A DNA stretch of 64,000 nucleotides, from assembly GCA_964270895.1 (NCBI GenBank), contig OZ185443.1. One strand, 5' to 3'. The DNA comes from Podarcis filfolensis (taxonomy: Eukaryota). Position 1 is the stretch's first letter. Every line of letters starts with the position of its first letter. Position numbers and translations under genes: made by a program. The notes under the pieces are model-generated. The model had not been told where the DNA came from. It worked only from the letters and a program-made list of their open reading frames with translations, and made no database searches. Positions 47,621 through 60,600 of this stretch are shown here, piece by piece.

Positions 47621-48867
47621 TAATCATTGTTGAAACTCTGGGCTGCTAATACAGAGTTTGGGGCTGTTGTGTGATTCATTCCGTCTAGTTACATGTGGAA
47701 CTCAAACAGGCGTAGACTGTATTTAAAAGCCTTGCTTAACCGTAACATGTCAAAGCTGGAAGTACTTTGAGAGCAGATTTCCATTTTACTAGTTAATGAC
47801 ATTAGAGCTGTCTTAGAGCCAGCGTTAAGATGACTGAATGAAATGGTGGAATGGGAATAGGGTTTATTTGGAGGGTGGCAGTGGGGTCAAAGAATCTGGA
47901 AGCAGTTCTGCAACTTCTTGACATGCACTCCTGTGTATATTCCCATTCAGAAATTCCATTTTCAGATTTACTCCTGATAATGCACCTATATTATAAAAGC
48001 AGTAGTTAAGATGGATTTACTTTTTCAAACATGTGTTTATTAATCTCTCTTTCTGAACGGTAGTTTGCATGATTTCTGTGTGAGATTTTCATGCATTTTT
48101 CTCTCTCAGCATAACAATCCAGTGTGTAGATTAATGAATTCAAAAATTGGTCTCAAGGGAAGGCTCCATCTTGTGGATGACTGTGGAAAACAGTTCCTGC
48201 TGATTTACCATCTAAACATAATGAAATATTGAGAAGAATAGGTCTCTCAGAGCTTAATGTACAAAGTCTATGTTTTCTATGGGTAGTTCAGAATTTCTTA
48301 CCTTTGATATTTAGTCCTGGGATAAGTTTAAAACAAGTTAAGTATATGAGTACAAAATAATATTCTTTCTGCGTAGCAAATCCAGGCTAATACAGTTTTT
48401 AATTAGTTTTGTCAAATTTAATGTGAAGAAATAGTTGGAAGATGTTAGGTCAGTTCCTCATTGGGTCTGAATATTCTGCTTTTAATGCCAATCATATATT
48501 CCTTCCACTGACATTATCCAATGGCTTACATCACAGAGACCTGAGTAGATGAGTGTGATGGTGTTTTCCTCAGCCTTGTCTGCCAGGTTACTTGGTGGTG
48601 AAGCAGCTCAGACCCAGAGAATGGGGGAATGGGGTTATCATTGCCTATTGCTTGGGACAATCACATAAGTGGGGAAGTGGCAGGAGCCACAGTGGAGGCA
48701 GACTTGAATTAAGTCTAACTGCATATAGCTTAGAACTCATAATCGAGCCTGTTCTGTGGCAGTGATAGTAAGAAAGAAGACTTGCTCATATGCAGTCACT
48801 GAATCTGCTCAGTGCTATCTAGTGGAGTTGGTTCTTACAATAAGTTGCATGAGACCATGGAAGCCTG

Positions 48868-49325
48868 TTGTTGTTTAGTCGTGTCCGACTCTTCATGACC
48901 CCATGGACCAGAGCACGCCAGGCACTCCTGACTTCCACTGCCTCCCGCAGTTTGGTCAAACTCATGTTGGTAGCTTCGATAACACTGTCCAACCATCTCG
49001 TCCTCCATCATCCCCTTCTCCTTGTGCCCTCACATTTCCCAACACCATGGTCTTTTCCAGGGAGTCTTCTTTTCTCATGAGGTGGCTTCAGGATCTGTCC
49101 TTCCAATGAGCACTCAGGGCTGATTTCCTTCAGAATGGATAGGTTTGATCTTCTTGCAGTCCATGGGACTCTCAAGAGTCTCCTCCAGCACCATAATTCA
49201 AAAGCACCGATTCTTTGGCAACCAGCCTTCTTTATGGTCCAGCTCTCACTTCCATACATCACTACTGGGAAAACCATAGCTTTAACTATATGGACCTTTG
49301 TCGGCAAGGTGATGTCTCTGCTTTT
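48868..49325 (-). mobile_element. BovB (RTE) LINE 3' fragment
   Basis: RDITLPTKVHIVKAMVFPVVMYGSESWTIKKA..AFELWCWRRLLRVPWTARRSN (BovB signature), (CAA)n tail, and 10-bp TSD TGGAAGCCTG (48858-48867 and 49326-49335). Confidence 0.93.
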
Positions 49326-50341
49326 TGGAAGCCTGCTGTCACTTATTTGCCAAGCACTTCGTGGTTTTGCTCTGACTTGGACTCCTAGTTTATCATAAAA
49401 GTTTTTAGAGGAGGTGTACTGTGTTTTATTGGCAATGCAGCTCCAGAGGTCTTTGAGCAAAACTGGTTATCTAGATTCCCCTTCATTCTGGGTTTTGTCT
49501 GGGTTTGGACACAGGAACTGTTTGCTGTTCTTGGTTTCATGCTGCATATAGGGTGTGTTTTGCCAGCTTTTGACTGGTATACTGGCTGTGGTCCTTCCTG
49601 ACAAAGTGAACACTCTACACAGTTATTCCTGCTATAGTGACATGAAAATTAGACTACTATTATGTGCTCTAAATGGGGCTGCCCTTGAAAAGCACTCAGA
49701 AACATCTGTTAGTGCAAATTCTGCAGCCAGATTGCTGCAGGTAATAGGCAAACCATTATATATGTTTTTAAATCCCATCAATTCCTTATGCTATGCACTG
49801 GCTAGAAATTTAGCTTCTCGGATTAATTCATAATGATAGCCTTAACATTTTAATCTTCGAATGATGTGTGACCTCAGTTCCTTAAGGAATGGGTTTTTTT
49901 TTTCATGTGGAGTGGACCGCATGCTCTGATCATGCTCTGGGATTCTGTTTCAAATTGGTGAACGTCTGAAGATGAGTCTGCTGTCATCTATGGATAGTCA
50001 TCTTTTGTGCTGTGGTACCTAGACCTCCCCTATGAAATTGTCTTGTCAAAACAATACTGCTTCAGGTGGTTGGTGAAGACATTTTTAAAAGAGGTCTTTT
50101 ATTAATCATTTTTCTGGCTCATTTCTATTAGTGGAATTTGTTAAAGCAGGCTGATATTAAGATAGTAATTCAAGTGTATATTAGGTTTGTTATAGGCACT
50201 ATGTTTTATTCAGTCTTTATTACTCTCTGTTAGCTTCTTTGAGTCTCTTTGGAGAAATACACAATTTAAAAATAATACCAAAAGTAAGTTATTAATGAAT
50301 AGGATATTAAAGACCTAGTTGAATATGACAGCAATTACGGC

Positions 50342-50600
50342 TTGTATCCAATGCTAGCTCTACCCAGTGTAGGCTCATTGTAGTTAACGATAAACTAACT
50401 TTAGACCAGGCATAGGCAAACTCAAGCCCTCCAGATGTTTGGGACTACAATTCCCATCATCCCTGACCACTAGTCCTGTTAGCTAGGGATGATGGGAATT
50501 GTAGACCCCAAACATCTGTAGGACCAGAGTTTGCCTATGCCTGCTTTAGAGTCATTAATTCCAGTGGGTCTTCTCTGAATAGGACTAACGTTGGATACAA
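50342..50600. repeat. Old short palindromic repeat element (interrupted by the hAT MITE)
   Basis: Inverted ends TTGTATCCAATG/CGTTGGATACAA. Body similar to 3514-3624. Confidence 0.6.
50407..50543. mobile_element. hAT palindromic MITE nested in an older palindromic element
   Basis: TIRs CAGGCATAGGCAAACTC and TSD CTTTAGAC/CTTTAGAG. Confidence 0.88.
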
Positions 50601-50757
50601 TCTCAATCTTCAAAGCTGACGTTTCTCATTCATTGCTTCTTACATTATTTCTCATGAAACATATATGCTCTTTTAATGACAGCCATCATTATGATTATTA
50701 AATTACCACTACAGATTGCTTTTAACATTATATCCACCCCCCACTCAAAAAAATTTT

Positions 50758-51120
50758 GGGACGCACGTGGCGCTGTGGGTAAAACCTCAGCGCCTAGGAC
50801 TTGCCGATCGTCAGGTCGCCGGTTTGAATCCCCACGGCGGGGTGCGCTCCCGTTGCTCGGTCCCTGCTCCTGCCAACCTAGCAGTTCGAAAGCACTCTTA
50901 AGTGCAAGTAGATAAATAGGGACCTCTTACTAGCGGGAAGGTAAACGGCGTTTCCGTGTGCTGCGCTGGCTCGCCAGATGCAGCTTGTCACGCTGGCCAC
51001 GTGACCCAGAAGTGTCTTCGGACAGCGCTGGCCCCCGGCCTCTTAAGCGAGATGGGCGCGCAACCCCAGAGTCGGACACGACTGGCCCGTACGGGCAGGG
51101 GTACCTTTACCTTTACCTTT
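50758..51120 (+). mobile_element. Sauria SINE, distinct subfamily
   Basis: Diagnostic GCACTCTTAAGTGC and GGCCCGTACGGGCAGGGG, (ACCTTT)n tail, and TSD-like ACTCAAAA..TTTT. Confidence 0.92.
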
Positions 51121-52056
51121 ACTCAAAATTTTAAACATACAAAGTGAAGTAGCTGCAAATGCACATTTGTGTAACCTGGGAATGGCTGAGTGTAAGTTGT
51201 AAAATTTATCAGTCAAATCATGCCCAAATGACTTGTCTGCAAGATCCTTTTCAGTGTCAATAGCCTGATGTCTGCAGGGCATATAACTGAGGTGTGATGG
51301 TGCATGATAAAAATGGCTGAGTTGCTTTCCCCAACATTTACAAAATAAATCTGGATGGAGATACACCAGCATAAGAAAAGAAATTTATAGAGCTGCCCAA
51401 GAACAATAATATATGCATCAGCAACAAAAAGGAAGAAGGGCAAGAGACAGAATGGATTTTGTTTCATAGCTATGGTAGTTGCCATAAACAAAGATATCTT
51501 AATAAACATTTCAATACTCCAGTTGTACAGTAGGGTCAGGTAGAGGCTGGATCAGCTATCTAGGCAAAGTATCATCTTTGTAGAGAAAAAAATTGAATAT
51601 TGTCATTGGCATTTTAGGCAAATATATTCCGCAACATAAAAACAGCCTCAAGGGAGCTGTTTACAGTATGTGGACTTAAGACAAGCAAATTAGATCTTCT
51701 CTGGAACTTAAGAATCTGTCCTCCATATTACCCATTCTTGCAATAATAAGTTGCCAAATCGGTCTCATAAATACCTCCATGCAACTGTTTTTTAAAAGGG
51801 TAAAATAGAGAAACAAGCTGTAGATTTGCAAGGATCTTCAGAAAGCTTGATGTTCATGTTTGTTCTTTTTCTTAAATCTCTCACACAAGTTCTCATATTA
51901 GTTCTTTATGAACTCTTCCCGGCTGTGTGGATGCTGGTGATGGGTATTTCAGAAATAGCCATTATGGCAGCAGGCAACAGCAGCATATTGCCACAATGCT
52001 TGAGGAGTAGTCCCTGGACCATAGCTTGAATCATTGTGGCATGAGGGGGGACATTA

Positions 52057-52747
52057 CAGTGGTGCCCCACAAGACGAATGCCTCGCAAGACGGAAAACTC
52101 GCTAGACGAAAGGGTTTTCCGTTTTTTGAGCTGCTTCGCAAGACGAATTTCCCTATGGGCTTGCTTCGCAAGACGAAAATGTCTTGCAAGTTTGTTTCCT
52201 TTTTCTTAACACCGTTAATACAGTTGCGACTTGACTTCGAGGAGCAACTCATAGAACGCAGTGTACATAGTAGCCTTTTTTGAGGTTTTTAAAGACTTTC
52301 GTGATTTTTGAAGCTTTTCCAAAACTTCTTTTGCAGCCATTTGGTAAGTTAAGCTTTTACAACTTTTTGGGGGGGTTGGATTTTGGGTTGGGGTGTTTGG
52401 AATTCAAGGACTTGGTGTTGGGGAGGGGTTTGCAAGAATCTGGAAGCTTGTGTGTTTTTTCCTGCATTTTTATGATTTTCTGTGACCATTGGGCCACTCT
52501 GCTGTTTTTTTAAAAAAATTCTGGGTTTGAATTTTGAAATGCTCTTTACAGTATGTGTGACTTTAAAGAGCACTTAATAAACTCTTGTTGTACCAAATTT
52601 GGCTTTGTTTGGACTTTTTTTGACCATAGGAACGCATTAATTGATTTTCAATGCATTCCTATGGGATTTCGTGCTTCGCAAGACGAAAAATTCGCTAGAT
52701 GAAAAAATTCACGGAACGAATTAATTTCGTCTTGCGAGGCACCACTG
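52057..52747. mobile_element. Tigger/pogo-like non-autonomous DNA transposon (691 bp)
   Basis: 22-bp TIRs CAGTGGTGCC(C/T)C(A/G)CAAGACGAA, TA TSD, and repeated subterminal TCGCAAGACGAA motifs. Confidence 0.88.
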
Positions 52748-53073
52748 TACTATAATCTTTTCATTTGGTATTTTAAAACTTTGGTTCCTATGCACTCAGC
52801 AGGCCTGGTATTAACGCGTGTGGTACTAACAGGTATAAATGTAAATCTTGTTGCATGAAGTACTTCCAGGTGGTGTTTCTGCTTTTCTATGGCATTCCTT
52901 TTAGGCATTTTGCTGTGGGCATTCCTTTCCAAGAACAGAACAGATTATATTTCTGATTGCATGTGGAACTTAAATGGCAGAATTCAAAAAGCTTTGACCA
53001 TTCATGGACAATGTTAAGACTTCTGATGCAAATTTGGGATAAGATTGTAAATATCACTTAGATACAGAATGTT

Positions 53074-53435
53074 GGGACGCAGGTGACACTGTGGGTTAAA
53101 CCATAGAGCCTAGGACTTGTCGATCAGGAGGTCGGCGGTTCGAATCCCCGCGACGGGGTGAGCTCTCGTTGCTCGGTCCCTGCTCCTGCCAACCTAGCAG
53201 TTCAAAAGCACGTCAAAGTGCAAGTAGATAAATAGGTACCGCTCCGGCAGGAAGGTAAACGGCATTTCCATGCACTACTCTGGTTCACCAGAAGCGGCTT
53301 AGTCATGCTGGCCACATGACCCGGAAGCTGTACGCCGGCTCCCTCAGCCAATAAAGCGAGATGAGCGCCACAACCCTAGAGTCGGTCACGACTGGACCTA
53401 ATGGTCAGGGGTCCCTTTGCCTTTGCCTTTACCTT
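53074..53435 (+). mobile_element. Sauria SINE, full length
   Basis: B box GGTTCGAATCC and 11-bp TSD TACAGAATGTT (53063-53073 and 53436-53446). Confidence 0.95.
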
Positions 53436-54742
53436 TACAGAATGTTAGAGAAAAATGTTTTCTGAACAGTCTCTCAAGTGTTTGCCTGCCTGCTTTCAGT
53501 TGGCAGGCTGTATCACGCAGTGTCAAATACTTTTCATGTAACAAAGCAATTTCACCTTGTTTGGAATAGGAGAGGTTTCATTCATAAGACATTGTACTGT
53601 TTTTATCCTCTCTCCTGGCATCCAGGTTTGTAATTCTCTGGCTCTTTATTATGAAGCTTTAATGCAGTGGGCTATGAAAGGGAAATAACAAAGTACTTGC
53701 AGCAATCGGAGGAAATCAAGATAACCCAATGAATTTTTTGTGTGTTTTATGAATTGATACTTTTAATCATGCCTCACCACAGGTGGTAGTTTATTTGGTT
53801 TACATGAGTAGTTTTTAAACAAGTTAGTTTTAAGTTCCACAAATTCCTTGCTCAGTGAATCTTTGGTAAATGGATTTACATTTTGAGTTTTTTTAGAGTG
53901 TTTCTTTTTAAATGTGCTTTAAAAAAATCTTCATTGTTGCAGTTGGCAAAACAACCTTTGAATGCAGGAGTCGTTTGAACAAAAGCTGGCTAGATTGACA
54001 GGTTATATAGTCTTGCTGTTGTCTGACTCTGTGCTGTGATATAGTGCTGAAGTTGCCATATAAGTAAAATAGCTACCGTCCAATTTTTATTAAACATGGT
54101 GCCAGTGATGGTGATGGCTGTTTTAATTAATAGACACTGTCTCCCCTCTCCTATCTATGTTTCTCCTTTTGAACTTTGCACATTTTGATTGCTGCTTTGT
54201 AGCATTTCTGTAGTAGTGGGCACACTAAAACGAGGGGCATGTCCTTTTGAATGTCTCTCTCAAATACAAAGTTCCTCAAGAAATAGTCATGACTATGAAT
54301 TGTCTAAAGCAGGGGTCACCAACTTTTAAAGGCTCATAGGCACATGTTTAAACCAGATAAACTATCATAGGCACCACAGACAAAGCACAACCTATTCTAT
54401 TCCCTACAATATAATTCTTATTTCAAACCTAATTTCAGTAGTGGTGGGGACCCTGCAGGTTCCAGCAAAGGCTTCTACTCATGTACATGTGCCCATGGGC
54501 ATCATATTGTCATTTTAAAATAAATGAACAAATAAAGCAAGCGATTGCCTTATTTGCAATCATTATGTTTTACATAATGAATTAGATACAAGTGTGCAAA
54601 TGTTCAAGGCACATTTTATGTTCCATTAAGAAAAAAGCCAACTTAGCCAAAGAACTGGGTGGGAAACACAGGGGTCATTTTGTGCTGGGGAAACATTTGA
54701 AACATGTTGCTCTCTCATCTACACTTAGAGGTGCAACAGAGA

Positions 54743-54875
54743 GGCATTTTTTCAGCCAGAACTCACCACAACTCAGTTCTGGCACCTCTCAGGTGGGCGC
54801 CATTGCCATTATAAGAGAACAAGGGAGGCGTTCATAGTGAGTTCCAGCACCTCTTTTTCTAGAAAAACAGCACTG
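54743..54875. mobile_element. Partial MITE related to the CAGTGCTTTTTT family
   Basis: TTCATAGTGAGTTCCAGCACCTCTTTTTCTAGAAAAACAGCACTG matches ends seen at about 11144-11175 and about 41085-41129. Confidence 0.55.
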
Positions 54876-56169
54876 GGAACAGTCTAGAGAAAACTTCCCC
54901 TAATGAGGACGCGCTCCTCATTATCACTAAAATAAGCAGATATTGAGTCCTTCAATGTGGCTTTTGTAGGTTGTCTTTATACACCTACAGTCAGTCATTT
55001 TAAACTTTCTATGCTAAATAATGATTCATAAATTTATTGTTTCTGTCTAGAACAATTAAGAAGACAAGACTCTCTTCATGGTTTTCAGTGTCCCATAATT
55101 ACCTTTGTCCAGTTTTGTAGCTTGCATATATTGTCAGAAGTTCATGATGAGCCTTTTGGAACAGACTTCCATTTGCATGCATAATGCATAACTGTGGAAA
55201 TGTGAGTCTGTATGAAAAGCATGTAGTTGTTTGCCTTCTTCTTGCATCAGAATCATTTTTTCTTTTGTTCATTTTATGCTTGTTTCCAGAGGCTTAAAAT
55301 GAGAGCTTTGTTTCTGACATAATGGCTTAGTGTAAGCTTACATTGTTGATCCCTTTAGTAGATGCAATGTAATCCACTTTGGTAATGTGAATTTTTAAAC
55401 AATCACCAGCCTTTGCCATTAACCCTTCAATACTAATGGTAATACCCTAGAAAAAAAAACCACTACAAAGGAATTCATTTCCCTGGACTTGCAGGAGACT
55501 TCACAACATTAGTATTCCTTCAAGTGGCCTGTTTCCAACTTGTCCAGTGCTAAATGTAAGAAGTAACTTGTAAGCCACAGGAGTTGAAGTTCTAATATAG
55601 TTTTCCTTAAAGAGATATATGGAAACCACTTTTAGGGAATCCAAAATGCCTTTGCTGCCGCTTCTCTTTTGTACTGATTTGTGCATGCTCTTAATTTGTC
55701 TTTTAGTGAACTGCACCCTGTATACTTGCATGACACATACAGAAGCACCAACTTTATAAAATATTTGCCTTTAGTTGATCGGTTAGATCAGTCAGTTTAT
55801 GATATTTTTAACTGAATAAAAAAGGCATCCCTATCTGATTTCGCAACAATATTTTGTAGAAAATTTTTTAATAAAAGTACTTATTGAAAACTGTAGATGA
55901 TTTGGAGCATCTTGGAAGAAGCACCACCCACCACACTCTCCCATTTTCTTAGATGTTACCCACTGCAATACATACACAAACCATCAAAAAAGTAGAAAGT
56001 TGGTTCCTCAAAACTATGTTAAGTGCACATTGATGTGGCTCATTTCATTATGTGGCTCAGATTTTTTTATTTGGATGGCATCCCTAATATTCACCCAACT
56101 AACCTGAGGTTTCTGTCCATCTTACTGCATACATGATTAAGTAGGGGTCCCTTTGTGCTTTGAAAAGAC

Positions 56170-56510
56170 AATGAACCTTCTTTAATATGTGATGGACCTG
56201 TAGGAAAGTGAGGGCATTCTGGGAAATGATATATGATGAAATAAAAAAGATGTTTAAAGTGATTATACAAAAAAAACCCCGGAAGCCTTTCTCTCAGGGG
56301 TTATTGGGACAGAAGTTCCAAAAAAGATGATTAAGTTGTTTATGTATGTCACAACAGTGGCTAGGATTCTTTATGCACAAAAAAAGAAGAATGGATGAAG
56401 GTGATGATGGACTATGCTGAATTGGCAAAGTTAACAGCCAGAATAAGGGAATCTAACGTTGATTGCTTTGTGCAAGAATTGAAGCACTTATAGACTATTT
56501 AAGGAAATAT
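56170..56510 (+). mobile_element. Degenerate L1/Tx1-like ORF2 C-terminal fragment
   Basis: FFNM*WTCRKVRAFWEMIYDEIKKMF..KPEAFL..LFMYVTTVARILYAQK..DYAELAKLT across frameshifts. A-rich sense strand. Confidence 0.7.
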
Positions 56511-57456
56511 TACAGTTTGATGAACTCACGTGTAGCATTCGAAAAATGAGCAACAGAAGGAATTAGAGAATGCAGTATTGATGTTATGGTGTTAGAGATA
56601 GAGGGGGAGAAATAAAAAGCACCATGGAATAAAATTTTTGAAAATCTAAAAAAAAAATTATAAAAACAACACTGAAACACCTGACTTTTTGAAGGAATCA
56701 CAAACCCTGAATGTTCTAGGGGGCTCATGTAATAATTGGCTTCCAAAGAGAGATTCTTTATTCATGAATCAAAGAAGTTACAAACAGCAAGAAATACTGG
56801 TCAACCCTTACCAGTTCTCACTATGAATTACCTCATAGAGCAAAACTGCAAATTAAGACTCTTCAAAGGAAAGCCAATAATGCAGAAAACAGCTGAATTT
56901 AGAATTGATATTATGCTGTCTGAAACACAGAGGGGCAGACAGAAAGTTACAGCTTAGCACCTGCTACTGGTGTTTCTCAAATCCCTAAAGTGTTTTGTGA
57001 AAAAAAGGCAAAGGCAAAGTAATTCCACACAGTAATTAAGTTAAAAGGCAAAACTACTTGCACTTCTGATATGCCTGCTGTAATAAAAATAGCAATCAAA
57101 GTTACTTTTGCCATTAGCATATGCCTTGCTTCCACGGTAGCGAGAACGTCCTGTGACATGCTCCCAGAAAATCAATTTCAGCAGTTATGCTACTGAAAGA
57201 TGTGTTCATTCTTAGTATTTCTAAAATTTTATTTCCCTGGGAAAACTGGAAACACTTTTTTGGCCATTAAAAACGTATTTAGAAGCGGAGCTGTAAAGGG
57301 GTAGGGGGTGCTAGTTTGTACAGCCCCCCCCAACAACATTCAAATTGGGGTATCTGGAAATGAGTTTCATCTTTTTGTAGAATGAGAGACCAGCGATGAC
57401 CCAGGCCCCATTCCATTTTTTTAATCGCTTCATTATAATTGTGTTTTTTCTGTGTA

Positions 57457-57685
57457 CAGTGGTACCTCGGGTTAAGAACTTAATTTGTTCTGGAGGTCCG
57501 TTCTTAACCTGAAACTGTTCTTAACCTGAAACACCACTTTAGCTAATGGGGCCTCCTGCTGCTGCTCCTGCGCCGCCGGAGCACAATTTCTGTTCTCATC
57601 CTGAAGCAAAGTTCTTAACCCAAGGTACTATTTCTGGGTTAGCAGAGTCTGTAACCTGAAGCGTCTGTAACCCGAGGTATCACTG
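57457..57685. mobile_element. Tc1/mariner-type MITE (CAGTGGTACCTC family)
   Basis: TIRs with TA TSD. Opposite orientation to the 35856 copy. Confidence 0.9.
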
Positions 57686-60600
57686 TATTCTCCAGCAACA
57701 GCGGTATTGCTAGGTATGTGAAAGATGCAGAACACATGGCCATGTCACTGATTTGCATAAAAAATTGCACACACTCATGTAATTTACAGATAGAAATTTA
57801 GGTCAACTTTCATGGGTGGGGGGGAATACAAACTCTTGACTGTTGCTGTCACAGCTAACTAATAGTTGTGGGGGTGCCACAGTCTGTTGGTAAGAACTTC
57901 TGTGCATATTAAAACCGAAACAAGCCTTTTCTCTTTTGCTCATCCACACTGACCTGCAAACTATGTTAAAAAATAAATAAAAAGCTTAACAGTCTGTGGT
58001 AAGATAAACCTGAGGCTGGGGTTCCCTAATTTCCTTCCCCCCTTGGTCAGTACCTCACAATCAGCAGCGTTGAGCCATTGGAGAGGAATTGTAGCTCTCA
58101 GTCTGTCTCCCCTGCTGAACCATTAGCTCCCCTCCTTTCGCAAGCAACTTTTAAACCTAAGGCTTAAATAAAAGGGAATTTCTTAATCATGATCAATATC
58201 CTATCCTAAATCTACTCAATATTGTCACAACAATCTTGAGACCCCCACTGTTCCTAGGGAAGGTGTTAGTATATTTCGTTCATTATATGATAACTTGCTC
58301 TTCCTTTTGCCCGACTTTTTGCTTTGCTTGGAGAGAGCAAATAACAGCCTTTGGCTAGTGCTTTACTTTCTATTGTCTTCTTTCACTTCAGAAAGAAAAC
58401 TGGTCAGTGGAACCCAGTGGGGATCCTCCCTTTGCTCCAGATGGTTGTGACATTTGAGTAAACCTTGGAGGATTAAGAGCACTCTGGTGAGCAGTCACTG
58501 TAAACTCCTGACACAACCTGACAGTCTAAGCTGAGTTCCTGACCGATTTAAGGTGACCATGGGTGCAGGATAAAAATCAATTGCCATGTGGATTTGTGAA
58601 AATACATGGTAATATGAGTTGTGTCTAACGCTAAAGAAAATTGATTTGTGAGGAGGGCAGGCTAAACACATTATTCAAATGAAATGATTTACATGCCTTC
58701 CAACTCATTAATTTTAGCTTGTCTACTGCCTTTTGGCTGAATGAGCACAGCGTGATGCAAATGTCCTTACTCTTAAATCTGGTTTGCAAACAACCGCAGT
58801 AGTTGAAGAATGGAAGAAACTATGGGAGCTCCTCAGACCTCAAACAGGTTGACTAAATGTAATTATGCGTCAGCACCATCTGCTCCAATGTGATAAGAGA
58901 GTAAACATCAACACCTTTTATTTTGGGCCTATTGGATCAGAATTCCCTGTTATTCTTCTCTGATTAAACTGAAATTGTTCCTCGTTGATGAATCCTCAGA
59001 AATTAGTGTGATGGGAAAATTTAAAAGTCTCACCAGGCATTGGGAGATATAGAATTTTGTTACATGCTAAAACAAATTCTTAGATAACGTAGCTTTCATG
59101 TTCATGTAAGGGGATAGTCTGTGTCTTAGATTCCAAGATTGAGCCATTCAAAAGCCATATGGCAACAGGTACACAATTATCAGTGTTATACATGTCTTCA
59201 AAGTAATGCTTTTATTCTGGATGAATAAATATTTAAATCATACTGTTTAACACCGTCTCTGCTGGTAAACAGACAATGCTTCAGCCCTAGCCTGTAAATT
59301 GATCTATGTTATCTATAGATTGCTTTTACTACACAGGAATTGACTGGAGTAATTTTGTGACTTTCAGTGTTTTCTCTGTTTATCAGAGCATGACAGAAAG
59401 TCTGGTTTTGTTCCATAAGGGGAGATGACGGGAAAGCTCTGATGTATTTAATTATTACTTTGCAGCTCCCACCAGTTCTCTTGTTTTTTTGTCTATCTGA
59501 GAAGGCATGCTATGAAGGCACTGGGAAATTATTGTCCTTACAAGAAAGGACTAAACCTTATAAATTGCCATCTTTGATTTTGCTGGATGTATTACGTGTG
59601 ACGTATTATTTCAATTTTTTTTAATAGTACACTATACAATTTTTCATGTGTGGCTATCAAATGTAATGCTTTCAATAATTCTTATTTTAATTATTCTTAT
59701 TCTTATTAATTACAGAGATATTTTGCTCTTCATTTCAAGCATCAATTGATTCCCCCCTTTGATCTAAGTTCCCTGTGTACACTCAGTCTTGTATATCAAG
59801 AACTTTATTTGCTTATTTGCAAATTTATAAGAAGTAAAAATAACACTGTTAAAGTGGAATAAACAAGTTGGTGTACACAGACATGGATCACATTCGTGCA
59901 CAGAAAACACAAGAGTAAAAGTCCAAATTAGTTAGCTTAGAGCAAATTTTCTACTCTTACAGATAGAAGTCAGCCGTTCAGAAGGATTCAGCAGTTCAGA
60001 CTTCCTTCGCTGTACACTTGATAGAAAATTGTTTGGTTTTGTCCTGTGATTCTTCCTCAGCGTAGTAATCTATCTCATCTGCCACAGTGTTGTTTCTGAT
60101 ATGTATTTCAGAGTATATTATTGACCGCTTGTGATATACCAGACAAACTTGTTGTTTATCTTCTTGAAATAACTTTCGTAGGTTAGGTAGACATTGAACT
60201 AAATTGAAAGTCACACACCCCTGCTTTTTTTTGCAAATTATATCCACATTGTTTAAAAAAAAATAATGTGTTGCATTGGCATATTGCTAATTTTTTTTAA
60301 TGAAAAGTCAACTGGTAAAGCAAGTAATAGTTTATGCAGAAGAATAAGCCATTTCCAGAAAACAAAAAGCTCTATACCTGTTCTGGCATCTTACATATAC
60401 TGCATTACATTTGTGGAACAACAGTTTAAAATGGCACCGCCAAATTATGAAGTCTCTGTATGTCTAAGCTCATTTGTCTTTCATTTCTGATCCTATTTTA
60501 TGCATCCCGTATTTTAGCCACTGCCTTCAATGGTGTTAGCACAGTTTTCCTTTAATGGAGCTCTGCCAGTGTTAGCTATTTTTCAAGCCTCTTGAGGCTG

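Noticed and set aside
52031-52252. KKKETNLQDIF resembling a Tigger transposase C-terminus
   Set aside because: Too short to support, and there is no DDE domain. Treated only as part of the non-autonomous element.
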